Under the pieces are notes generated by a model. The model saw nothing but the letters and a program-made list of their open reading frames with translations. It was not told the origin of the DNA and made no database searches. Shown here in pieces: positions 1-12,131 of a DNA stretch of 58,046 nt (position 1 is the first letter of the stretch; each line of letters begins with the position of its first letter). This DNA is from Carcharhinus longimanus (taxonomy: Eukaryota), in assembly GCA_030264375.1 (NCBI GenBank), contig JASCQW010000119.1, positions 32,043,303 through 32,101,348 on the forward strand, written 5' to 3'. Made by a program: the position numbers and the translations under genes.

Positions 1-726
1 ACCCAGGCAACCAGCGCAATCTTCTTAGATTTTACAGGCTGTTTAAAGTCCAGATGCCCTCACTTTCTCCTTAATTCTAATGACATATTAATTATGCCCC
101 ATTTACAATGTAACTCAGTCAGCACCACTGATTCATTCATTCAATCAGCACACAGCTGATACATTCATTAACCTTCTGCAATGTACTCAATCTCCAGTTG
201 AATGGCTGAATCATTCTACTTTGACCTGCTTTCAATGGAACAATAACAGCAGAAAAGATTTTGCTGTCTCCTGACCATGGAAACAAGGTGGCATCGCCTT
301 AAGATAGTATGGAATGACTTACAGCCTTGTTTCTTTAGCTGCCACAATCTTCCTAAGGGCCTACTGCATAGCATCCCAACACTGACTCGACCAGGAGACA
401 CATTTAATTTGCAACTTGGGGTTCTAAGGCCTTTGTGGATAGTACTGGAAGGAATGGACACTTTACATATATCCTGATATCAGCTCATTGTCGAACCAAA
501 GATGAATTTTCCTGTAATTATGTGGAATTCAGTGGAGCAGGGTGTTCACTCACAAAACTAGTCAAGGCTATTGCTGCTCAGAGTACATGGGCTGGCCTGT
601 ATTGAAGCATCCTGAACTGTTCCAGCACATTTGCCCTCTGTCCATAACCTGCCAATCAGATGCAAAGGGTGTTCAAAATGGAGTGACATCCTGTCAATAA
701 ATCCAGGCATCTACATTCACTATTGT

Positions 727-1290
727 CTGAAGTCTGCATCTCACCCCCTCTCTCCGTACAGGTATGAGACAGGAGTGTGATGGAATATTCTCCACTTACC
801 TGGATGAGTGCAGCTCCAACAACACTCTAGATGTTGGACACCATCCAGGACAAAGCAGCTCCATGACTGGTACGCCATCCACCATTTTAAACTTTTGATC
901 TCTCCCCCACCAGCACAAGTAGCAGCAGTGTGTGTCATTTACTGGATGCAGTGCAGCAGCTCACCAAGGCTCCTTCCACAGCACCTTCCAAACATGTGAA
1001 CGCTACTATCCAACTGGCTAGAAGGAAATGGGAATGCAGATGCATTCACCACTGTTCCCCTCTACCCAATACACCATCCTGACCTGAAATCATATCACTG
1101 CTCCCTCAGTGTCACCGGGTCAAAACTTGGAACTCTCTCCCTAACTGCACTGTGGATGTACCTACATCTCAGAGACTGCAGCATTTCAAGAAGGTAGCTC
1201 ACCACCACCTTGTCAAAGACAACAAGGGATGGACAATAAATGCCGACTTAGCTAGTGGCGCCCATATCCCATAAAAGAATATTTTTAAAG
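727..1290 (+). mobile_element. 3' end of the same CR1/L2-clade LINE family
   Basis: GGAGTGTGATGGAATATTCTCCACTTACCTGGATGAGTGCAGC through GGACAATAAATGCC...CCCATAAAAGAAT tail; homologous to 9170-9650 and 35085-35265. Confidence 0.75.
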
Positions 1291-1649
1291 TGCTCAAGTT
1301 GTCAGCATGGCATTTTCGGGTCTTGAGGTGGAGGTCAACAACTTCAGACTGTAATTTCTCTTTTCCATTTGTTTCATTTACTTTGCATGAGTCAGCCGCT
1401 ATCTTATTTATCTTTCTTTGTTCTCAGACAGGAGCCATTCATTATCTGACATTCATATCTCCTCTGCACCCATATTTTGTTTCTGCTTGCTCTGTCCCGC
1501 CAACTGTTCTGTCACTTAATGTCTCCCATCTTCTACCCTTTCATGGCAACGTGTTCTTTTTTTACCCAGGCTTCAACCATGTAAAAGCTTTCCAGTTTTG
1601 ATGAAATATTAATTCTGTTTCTCTCTCCGCCGATCTTGCCAGATCTGCT

Positions 1650-1945
1650 GAGTATGCTGTATAGGGCATTGGTGAGGCCGCAGCTGGAGTACGGTGTGCA
1701 GTTTTGGGCGCCGCACCTGCGCAAGGATATTTTGGCCTTGGAGGGAGTGCAGAGGAGGTTTACTAGGCTGNNNNNNNNNNNNNNNNNNNNNNNNNNNNNN
1801 NNNNNNNNNNNNNNNNNNNNNNNNNNNNNNNNNNNNNNNNNNNNNNNNNNNNNNNNNNNNNNNNNNNNNNTCTTATTGAATGGCGGGGCAGGCTCGAAGG
1901 GCTAGATGGCCTACTCCTGCTCCTATTTCTTATGTTCTTATGTTC
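1650..1945 (+). mobile_element. Young CR1 3' fragment containing an N gap
   Basis: [38 protein letters not shown]; tail CTACTCCTGCTCCTATTTC(TTATGTTC)n; CpGs retained. Confidence 0.92.
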
Positions 1946-2329
1946 CAGAGTTTCCTGGGTTTATGGTTGATTTCCTCCATTGTTAAAGCTACTATTACAA
2001 AATGTGATTTTCTCTTTTGACCAGAAAACAAGAATAATCCTGTTACAGTTTTTCTTAACTCTGATTACACCTCTGTGAAAGACTTGAGACACTCTTCTAA
2101 ATGAACAACGCTATATAAATGCAAGTTGTTGTCATTAGCTGACAGTCGGTCTCCCTATCCCGTACATTTCATTCCACTGATTTAAGGAATTTTCTGATGT
2201 ATCACCATTAGTTTGGTCCATATATTTAAGAGTTTTTTCTCTCATTTCTGCTAAAATCCTGATTGCTCTTCTTCATTCCTATGAGTTTGCTGTGTTCAAA
2301 TGGAGATGAATTTTTCTTTATTCATTCAT

Positions 2330-2660
2330 GGGACATGGGCATCGCCGGCAAGCCAACATTTATTGCCCATCGCTAGTTGCCTGGGGGCAATTGAAAGTCA
2401 ATCACATTGCTGTGGGACTGGAATCACATGTAGGCCAGACAAGGTAAGATGGCAGATTTCCTTCCCTCAAGAACCAGATAGGTTTTTCCAACAATCGGCA
2501 AGGGCTTCACGGTCATCTGTAGATTCTGAAATTCCAGATTTTTTTTAATTGAATTCAAATTCCACCATCTACTGTGGCGGGATTTGAATCTGGATCCCAA
2601 GAACATTAGCTGAGATTCTGGATTAATAGTCTAGTGATAATACCACGAGGCTATTGCCTT
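2330..2660 (-). mobile_element. tRNA-derived SINE, same family as 32038-32380
   Basis: Reverse-complement similarity across the head, body and tail. Confidence 0.78.
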
Positions 2661-3096
2661 CCATCACACAATCTCCTACTCTTAATCATTCTTTCCCAAG
2701 GCTTTCAAAACAAAATTGCCATTGCTCCCTAAATCTTTCCTTATGTCGATCACCTTCAGCTTTTAAAAAGCCAAGGTTGGCATTGCCAAATCAGCACTGT
2801 CTGATTTCTGTTGTCTTTTCTTTAACTGTCTCCAAATTTCATGCTGTCCTGCACTCTGGGCCTTGGCCTCTTCACCTTGGTTTCTCAATAAAAAAGTTAA
2901 TGAGTTTTTTTCATGTTCACTTAATTGTCCTGTCGAGTTTCTGTATGTATAGCAGTATCAGATAAACCAGTAACCCAGAGACTGATTTTACATCAAATAA
3001 CAGTCTTTCAAACTGTTTCTCTTATTACACACACTCTGTTTCATTTTGTTTTAAAGGTAACATATTTTAAAACTTGCGGTGTTAAAGGAAGCATAG

Positions 3097-3111
3097 AGTT
3101 CATTGAGTTCA
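3097..3111 (+). promoter_or_regulatory. Candidate VDR/RXR DR3 element AGTTCA-ttg-AGTTCA
   Basis: Perfect RGKTCA-n3-RGKTCA about 38 kb downstream of the CYP24A1 TSS. Confidence 0.5.
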
Positions 3112-3739
3112 TCCTGACTATTTGGAAATGCATTTTTGCATCATCCATCACTTTTAGTTTGCTCCTCCCTAGAATAAACCTAACAGCCTCACTCTTTATC
3201 CTGCACTTCAATACTCGTCTTTCTGCAGTTTGTATAATCAGAACTTTGTCAAATTCTCTTTTGGAGGTCACCATAGAGAAAGCAGTAACTGCACAGGACA
3301 GCATTCTTCTCCACAAATTCTTTATTGTGCTTATTTCTTTCTATCTGCGTTCATGGTTTTAAAGTTTACCAGCATATCAACTTTATTTTAGATTTTGGGG
3401 GTTAAATCGAAGTGCAACTTTCTCTTCTTGCTGGTGCCTTGAAGCGAAAAGGGCATTTGTCACAGAATCCTAGATTAAGGACGGGGGGGCGGGGTGGGGG
3501 GTGGGTGGTGTGTGTGGAGGAAAGACAGAGAGAGAGCAAAGAAAGGGGAAGAGAAAAAGGCTATAAGAGTTAGGGGTAAAGAGAGTGCTTGGTAAAGGAT
3601 GTGGTAAAGGGAAAGTAAACTGGCGAAGGGAGACATAGTATTATCAAAAAATCCAACATCCACATTCCACATCAGCAGTCTGTTGGTCAGATGAAGGGTT
3701 GCGAACATTCTTCTTACCTTCAAATCTCCTATCTTTGTC

Positions 3740-4270
3740 ATCCACCCCTGATTCAAGACTATGTGCCCACACAACATCTTGGCTTTAGCTGTGCCCTTAA
3801 TCAAGTTGCTTCAATGCAGCTACGGCACTGATATCTATCCAGCAATGTGGAAAATTGCCCTATGTGTCCAGTCCATACAAAGCAGGGCAAATCCAATCTG
3901 GCCACTTAACATCCCAGCTGCTCAACCATCAGCAAAGTGATGGAACCTGTCATCAACAGTGAAATCAGGAGGTACTTACTCAGCAGCAACCTGTCCACTG
4001 ATGTTCACTTCAGGTTGTGCTAGGGTCACTGGGCTCCAGATCTCATTAAAGCCTTGGTTCAAACATTAACATAATAACGGAGTTCCAAAGGTGAAGTCAG
4101 GGTAACTGCTCTTAACATCAAGGCAGCAATTGACTAAATGTGGCATCAACGAGTCCCAGCAAAATTGAAAATCATTGGGAACAAGGGGGAAAAATCTTCA
4201 CTGGTTGAAGTCATATTTAGCACAAAGGAAGATTGCTGTGATTGGTGGAAGCCAAGCATTTAGCCTCTCA
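3740..4270 (+). mobile_element. Older CR1/L2-clade LINE RT fragment (left part, interrupted by the CR1)
   Basis: Decayed RT peptides (ISKVME, QFGF-like, ALNIKAAID); sequence continues at about 8835. Confidence 0.75.
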
Positions 4271-4277
4271 CCATTCA

Positions 4278-7200
4278 GGAGTGGAGATAGGGACACCTCT
4301 ACTGAGATAAATACAGTGTAAGGCTTGGGGCCTTCACTTACCTTCCGTGTTGAAGACAGATGGACCTGTGAGAGACACCTCTACTAGGGCTGGGGATAAA
4401 TGCAGCATGAGTCTTGGGGCCTTCATTTACCTTCTGGGAGGGAGATAGCTGGACCTGCAAGGGACAATTCTACTGGGGCAGAGGATAAATACAGCACAAG
4501 GCTTGGGGTCTTCACTCACCTTCTGGGAGTGGAGACAGCCAGCACTATGAGGGACACACTGTATGGAAAAAGAGGATAAATACAGCACGAGACTTGGGAA
4601 CAGAGGATAAATACAGCACGAGGCTTGGGGCCTTCACTCACCTTCTCGGGAGCAGAGACAGCCAGCACTGTGACGGACACACTGTACTGGGCAGAGGGCT
4701 GAGTTTGAAAAACAATCAGGAGTGACTTGACAGGAAAACAGTAATTTCATTGACTGGCAAGTAACTGTTAATTTGAAGTTGCTTCCACATCATCGGTAAA
4801 AGGAAAAATATTATACAGATTAGAAGGTAAAAACCAGTTAAATATAAAAACAAGAAAAACTAATTAAATAAAAGAGGGATGGAGGGCCAACCAATGTGTT
4901 GTACCTGCATGATGTGGGAGCTGGTGGACCCCATTGTGGTACCTCGTGACTACATCTGTAGTAAATGTTGGTTGCTCGAAGAACTATGGCTCAGAGTTGA
5001 TGAGCTGGAGTCTGAGCTCCAGATACTGCGACACATCAGGGAATGGGAGAGGTACCTAGATGCTGTGTTTCAGGAGGTAGTCACACCCCTTAGTTTAACT
5101 ACCTTTATTTCAGCCAATGGTCAGGGACAGGAGGGTGTGACTATGAGTGAGGCAGGTAGAGGGACCCAAGAGGCAGTGTTGCAGGAGCCTTGGCCCTTGA
5201 CCTTGTCCAACAGGTTTGGAATTCTTGCTCCCTGTGTGGATGACAGCAGAAACTGTAGGGAGGATGAATAAACTGACCACAGTACCGTGATAAAGGGAGC
5301 CATTCCAGTGGTGAAATAGAAGAGATATGTATTTGAAATTGGGAATAGTATAGGTAGGGACATAGGTACTGTTCTCTGTGACCAGAATCAAGTGTCCCAA
5401 AGGTTGGGTTGCCTACCTGATACCCGGGTTTGAGAAATCTCAACTGGGCTGCAGAGCAACTTAGAATGGGAGGGTAAAGATCCAGTTGTCATAGTCCACG
5501 TAAGTACCAATGACATAGATAGAACAGGGATAGGAGTTCTGCTGAGGCAATATGATCAGCTAGGGGTAAATTAAAAGCACAGAACCAGAAAGGTAATAAT
5601 CTGGTTTACTACCTCAGCCACAAGTTAACTGGCACAGAGTCAATCAGATTAAAGAGGTAAATGCGTGGCTCAAAGGTTGGTGTGGCAGAAATGGGTTCAA
5701 ATTCATGAAACATTGGCACCAGTACTGGGAAGGCGGGAGCTGTTTGGATGGGATGGCCTTCACCTGAATCATGCTGGGGCCAGAGTCCTGGTTATTCACA
5801 TAACTAGGGCTGTAGATAGGGTTTTAAACTCAATAGTGGATTGGGGAAAATTAGAAAATCAAAATTAAAGGAGAATTTAGGAGGGCAGGTTAGTGATGAG
5901 GCAGATTGTTACCAGAAAACAAATGGAAGGGACAGAACGTGTGAATGTCATTTTGCAACAAGGCATTATACAAGAGTAAGGAAATTTGATAATAGAACAA
6001 GCAATGCGCAAAGCACTTGGGACAAAATTAATCAGTTAATAGCATAAACAGACAAAGGGGTATGAACTGGGGGCAAGGATTACAAGGAGACCAGGTCGGA
6101 GAACTGAATATCCAATGGTACTCAGTATTTTGAACAGATAGGAAGAAAGGAAAAGGAGGTGGTGTAGCTTTGCTAATGAAGGAAGGGATCAGTCCTATAG
6201 TGAGAAATGATATAAGCACTGGAGATCAAGATGTGTAATCAGTCTGGGCAGAAATAAGAAATAACAAATTCAATACATTCCTGGTGGAAGTAGACTTTAG
6301 GTCTCTAAACAATAGTTCCACAGTGGGGCACAGTATAAACCAAGAAATACAGGGAGCTTGAAAGAAAGGTAAGGCAATAATCATGGTTGATTTTAATATG
6401 CACATAGCCTAGATTAATCAAATTGGCAACGGTAACCTTGAGGGAGAGTTCATTGAATGTACTGGGGATTGCTTCTTGGAACAATATGTTGTGGAACCAT
6501 CCAGGGTGCAGGCTATTCTGGATTTGTGTAATGAGTAGAGATTAATGAATATCCTCATAGTTGAGAATTCTTTTGGGAAGCGTGATCATAGTTTAATAGA
6601 ATTCAAAATTCAGTTTGAAGGTGAGAAACTGGAGTTCCACACTTGCATTCTGGAATTAAACAAAGGTAATTAGTAGCATGAGGACAAACTTGGCCCTAAT
6701 GGACTGGACGGGGAGGCTAAACAGTAGGACAGTTGATGAGCAATGGCATTTGTTTAAGGAGGTATTCAATTCCTCTCAACTGAAATACATTCCAGAGTGG
6801 AAGAAAGATTGTAAGGGGGGGAGAAACATCCACAGCCAAGCAAAGAAATTAAAGACAACATAAAGACAAAAACCAAGGTATACCATATTGAATAGACCAG
6901 TGGCAGGCTGGAAAACTGGGAAACTTTTAAATATCAACAAAGATCACTAAAAAAGTAATAAAAAGAGCAAAGGTAAATTATGAAAGAAATCTAGCACAAA
7001 CTACAAAAAAGGATAGCAAAACTTCTATAAGTATATAAAAGGCTAGCCTCAAGAGAGTAACTAATGTAAATGTTGTTCCCTTGGGAAATTAATAGTGGGG
7101 AACACAGGAATGGTTGTGATACTAAATCAATATTTTGTCTCAGTTTTCATGGTGGGGGAGCATTGGTACTATCCCAGTAGTAACAGGTAATACTAATAAA

Positions 7201-8828
7201 GGGGTAATAGAAAAGGAGGCATTTACAACAATCATTATCAATAGGGAAATAGTACTCAGTAAACTTTTGGGATTGAAGGCAGATAAGCCCCCAGGGCCTG
7301 ATGGTCTCCATCAAAGGATAATAAAGGAAGTGGCAGCAGAAATGGTGGATGCAATGGTTATAATGTTCCAAAATTCCCTGAATATGGGAGATGTTCCAGT
7401 GGGTTGGAAAAATGAATACCCTTATTCAAAAAGGGAGGGAGGCAGAAAGTAGGAAACAGTAGACCAGTTAGTTTAACATCTGATGTTGGGAAATTGGAAG
7501 TAATAACAGGATACTTGGAAAGCCAAAACGCAATCCATCTGAGTCAGCATAGTTTTATGAAGGGTAATTCATGTTTGACTGATTTGCTAGAGTTATTTGA
7601 AGATGCAACAAGCCAAGTGCATAATAAAGATTCTGTAGATGTAGTACATCTGGACTTCAGGAAAGCGTTTGATAAGGTGCCGCATAGAAGTTTACTACAC
7701 AAGGTAAGATCACAAGGGGGTAAGGGTAATTTATTATCTTGGATAGAAAACTGGCCAACTGACAGAAGACAAAGAGTCAGGATAAATAGGTTTTTTTTTG
7801 TTGGCAAGATGTAACTGGTAGGGTGCCACAGAGTTCAATCCTCAGGCCCCAGCTATTTACAATCTATATTAATGACTTGATACAGTGATAGAAGATACTA
7901 TAGCCAAATCTGCAGATTACACAAGAGTAGGTGTGATAGTCAGTTACAATGAGGAAATAAGAAATTTACAAATGGATACAGATAGGTGGAGTGAGTAGGA
8001 CATTGTGGCAGATGGAAATTAAAAATGGATAAGTGCAAGGTTATCCATTTTGGATGGAAAAATGGAAAGACAGCTTATTATCTCGATGGAGAGAGTTTTT
8101 GGGTGCTTCGGTGCAGAGGGATCTGGGTGTCCTCGTGCATGAGTTTCAGAAAACTGGTATGCAGATATTGCAGATAATAAAGAGAGCAAATGGAATTTTA
8201 GCATTTATAGCTAAACAAATAAAATACAAAAATACGAATGTGTTGCTGCAACTGTAGAAGGCATTAGTGAGACTGTAGCTGGAATACTGTGTACAGTTTT
8301 GGTCCCCTTAATTGAGGAAGATAGAGTGGCCTTAGAAGCAGTTCATTGAAGTTTCACTAGATTTATTGAAGGGATGAAGGGTTTGTCTTATGAAGAGAGA
8401 TTGACCAGTTGAAGCCTACACTCTCTTGAGTTCAGAAGAATGAAGGGAGATCAAATTGAGGTATACAAGATGATAAAATATATTGACAAAGTAGAAAGAA
8501 TGGATGCTTCCTCTGGTGGGGCAATCTAGAAAAAGAGGTCATAGCTTGAGAATAAGGAGTGGCAGATTTAATGCACAGATGAGGAGAAACTACTTCTCTC
8601 AGAGGATGGGTGAATCTGTGGAGTTCCTTGTTTCAGAGTGCAGTGATGCCAGGATATTGCATAAATTTAAGGAGGAGACAGACAGATTATTAATTAGTAA
8701 TGTGTTGAGGGTGTCTGGAAAATAGGCAGGAAAGTGGAGTTGAAGCTGAGGTGAGATTAGTCATGATTGTGTTGAATGGTGGCTCAAGGAGCTGAAGTGC
8801 CTACTTCTGCTACTAGTTTCTAATTATT
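4278..8828 (+). mobile_element. Near full-length, degraded CR1 LINE
   Basis: ORF1 remnant has a Cys knuckle (CCTCMMWE...CSKC) and SGNH esterase motifs (VHVSTNDI, DGLHLN). ORF2 remnant has endonuclease and RT peptides (PGPDGLH, LDFRKAFDKVPH, QRDLGV, RRNYFSQR). The CR1 3' tail lies at about 8760-8828. Many stops and frameshifts. Confidence 0.92.
4290..4700 (+). repeat. Tandem array of about 89-bp monomers at the CR1 5' end
   Basis: GATAAAT(A/G)CAG recurs at about 4306, 4395, 4484, 4575 and 4606; units share GGCTTGGGGCCTTCACT(C/T)ACCTTC. Confidence 0.85.
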
Positions 8829-8834
8829 GTTTAA

Positions 8835-9650
8835 ATCCCAGAATATCACTACAGAAGTTCCTTGTCCCAACCACCTTCAGCTGCTTTATCAGTGATCTTT
8901 CCTCCAACATAAGATCAGAAGTAGGGATGTTTGCTCTAGTTGCACATTGTTCAGCACCATTCAAACTCACCTCATGTTGAAGGAGTCTGTACTCATATGC
9001 AGCAATCCTGAACAACATTCAGGCTATAGCTGAAAAATTCCAGGAAATGACCATCTCCTATAAGAGAGAATTAAATCATCTCCACTTGATGTTTAATGAC
9101 ATTATGATCACTGGATCTCCCACCGTCAATATCCTGAATGTAAATTCTGGAAATCCTCCAAAACCTATCATCTATAAGGTACAAGTCAGCAGTATGGTGG
9201 AATACTCTTCACTTGCCTGGATGAGTGCAGTATCAAAGAACCTGTCAGAAGCTTGACACCATCCAGGGCAAAGCATATCAACGCCCCATTCACCACCCTA
9301 AATATCTACCCTTTCCATCACAAGTGCTGCGTGGCAGCAGTGTGCAGGAACTAAAAGATGCACTGTGACAATTTACCTGGCATCCTTTGGCAGTACGTTC
9401 CATGTCCCCAACCTCTATCACCTAGAAGGAACAGCGCAGCAGAAACCTGGAAACACCAGCTCCTGGAAATTCCCCTACCAAGTCACCCATCGTCCTGATT
9501 AATAGACCTATATTGTCATTTCTTTCCTGTTGCTGGGTTGAAACCATGGAACATCCTTCCTAACAGTATTGTGGGTATACATACACCAGTGAATAGCAAC
9601 GTTTCAAGAAAGCAACCCACTACCACTCACATGCATTGAATGAATAAAAG
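8835..9650 (+). mobile_element. Older CR1/L2-clade LINE (right part and 3' end)
   Basis: PTTFSCFISDLSS and YKVQVSSMVEYSSLAWMSA peptides; 3' end homologous to 727-1290. Confidence 0.75.
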
Positions 9651-10249
9651 AAAATAGATATTTTAAACAGATGTTTATTATGTAAATTATTTTGCAAACT
9701 AATCCCAAAGAAAACATGTTTGACATTGCAAAATTGCCTTCTGATGATGAAGAACTTAAGTATTTTATCAAGGCGACAAATTATGTAGAAATGCGATGTT
9801 AACTAATAATTGCAGATCCATTGCATATTATTGCATCAAGAACACATCAGCAACTTTGAGCCACTGAGTTCTTTTGCTGATGTATACAAAATGCTACTGA
9901 GTAGAAAAAATATGGCAAAAGCTCAAAGGAAGAAGAGGAGTGACTGTAGATAACCAATTACCAGCTCACTTCCAAATGCGATAAGGTTGTTGACCTGATT
10001 GTGATTATTTGAGAACATCATGAGATTTTTGGAAGAGCTGTCCTGTCCCTGAATTCTGTAAGCTATTTTTTTCATAACTGCACTTCACCTGTCTGCACTC
10101 TTTAACATCTGGAGAACTTGCTACCCCTGTTATGACAAATGTTTTCAGTGCCTAACTTAAGTCCAGAAAGATCCTAGGCTTCACGTCTAATTGTTGAATC
10201 TGTTGATCTCAGATGGTTATGAGGCCATTTAGCTTTGTCTATAATCTGC

Positions 10250-11170
10250 TATCTTTACTGTCTAACATGCAGGTAGCCCTGTGTGTAGCTTGACTGGGTT
10301 TGTGCCTTGTTCTAAGGTATGTTTGATTCTATTCCCTTCTACATTCCAGACCGAACTGGGTTGATCTCCCAAATTGCTAATGATGGAGAATTAAGAAATG
10401 CGATTGGGTATGACATTACAGATTATGATGGTATACAACTCTGCTGTTGTTGTGGGCTCATACTGCATCACAAATAACTGGTTCTGTGCTACAACATTTA
10501 TACTTAGTCAATCTGACTTAGCACTACAAAGTGCATAAAGGAGCTTGTTCTTGATGTGAAGATAAAACTACTTTGCTCCAAAGGATAAGATGACTACTTA
10601 TATTAATTTAATATCAGCTCTATTGAGTACAGACATACCTGGAACAACTGGATTGGTGCACAAGTAGATTATACCCTTTTGTTAGTTCCGTCAGGCCCTG
10701 GTGCAGGCCTTGATTGGCATCCCTTCAGGTTTTGGTCAGAATGAGTAACTCTGGATGATGAGCATTGAAATCTCCCATCCAGCGTTCATTTAGTGCTCTT
10801 GCTTCTTCTGACAGTTCTTTTTCCAAGTGATGCTCCATATGATCAAGTATTGATTAATCAGATGAGGGTGAGATGGGCATGGGGAGGCATGCGGAATGAG
10901 GTAGTTAGGAGGGCATCTTTTCTTGCCTTGTTTGATATGATGTCAAGAGAATCCATGGGATCTGGAATCAATGTTGAGTATTCCCAAAGGCATGTCAAAC
11001 CAATTATATACCACGATGCCTCCAGCTCTGGTGGATCTATTCTGACAATGATGCAGGACATATTCGTGAATGGTAATGGAGAAACTGAAATGTTGGTTAA
11101 TACCTATGATTAGAGATGGCCTTGCTGTTCTTTGATTTGGGCACGCCAATGGCCTTTGATCTGGAAGCAG
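10250..11170 (-). mobile_element. Highly decayed LINE endonuclease-region fragment
   Basis: Minus-strand remnant of the WMGDFNAHH endonuclease motif near 10755-10785. Confidence 0.55.
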
Positions 11171-11906
11171 TATGGTAAGGAAAATTTATAATTTCTTTAA
11201 AATGTCTGTGGAATCTAAGTGATTTTAAGAATGTTCAAATAGGACTTTTGAAGAGTTTACATTAAGGTGAAGAGGTCCATTGCAATGCTTTTTACAATAA
11301 ATACTGGTCCACATGGCTAGATGAACCCTGACCTGGAAGTAGTACTAACAGGAAGGAAGTTAACAAAGATGCACATGACCAGACACAAAGTAAAGTTACA
11401 AACAGGAGAGAGTTGGAGGGTGAAGGCAATAAGCATATAGGTTCAAACACAAAGAGAAAACAGACTGAGCAGAAAGGGGAACATAAAATTTGTGTGAAGA
11501 GAAACCAGCAAAACTCTACAAAAGTGTTACTTTTCTGTTTGGCAGTAAGAAGAAAAACAGAATTCTGGAAGATCTTACAGAAGCAATGTATGAGTGACAT
11601 AAAAGAGACTGAATCCTAAAAAGCTCAGGCATGTGAAAGAGCTGGGAGTTTGTATCAGATAATCAGGTCTGTAACTATAGGTTACGTTATTGAAAAGAAA
11701 TTCTGGAAAGCCATCAAGAGTAACATGACATGAGTGAGACAGGGTTGGCATTGTCAATGCTAACTGTATCTAGGGTTTGAAGATAGAATACACACACAAT
11801 TGACCTGATTTATTTAATTTCAGAATTTACCATGGCAGGGTTTAAAGCCTTTGTCTCTGGATCATAAGTCCATTTGCAGAACCATTAGACTCCTGTAACT
11901 CTTGTT

Positions 11907-11992
11907 CAAATTGTGATGTGGGAATTCTACACCCAGCTAAACAGGCAGACAAATTGTGATGTGGGAATTCTACACCCAGCTAAACAGGCAGA
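11907..11992. repeat. Perfect 43-bp tandem duplication
   Basis: CAAATTGTGATGTGGGAATTCTACACCCAGCTAAACAGGCAGA occurs twice. Confidence 0.95.
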
Positions 11993-12029
11993 TAACTTTT
12001 CAGTTTAACACTGCCTCCAAAATACACCT

Positions 12030-12131
12030 GTTGGAATTTTACAGCCTCGCCTGATCCCGCAATGGAGAATGCCATTCTGTGAGCCTCATCTGCCCCGAGT
12101 CTGGGGTGGGTAAGGTGGTAAAATTCCAGCC
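12030..12131. mobile_element. Short MITE
   Basis: TIRs GTTGGAATTTTAC / GTAAAATTCCAGC; related copies at about 19836-19957 and 31470-31583. Confidence 0.7.

Noticed and set aside
4290-4700. CRISPR-like array
   Set aside because: Eukaryotic context; these are whole-unit degenerate tandem repeats with no unique spacers and no cas genes.
6445-6462. AGTTCA-ttg half-sites inside CR1 (also near 8340)
   Set aside because: The second half-site is absent and they lie in LINE coding sequence.
4879-8725. Several ORFs of 60-130 aa as host genes
   Set aside because: They are frameshifted pieces of CR1 ORF1 and ORF2.
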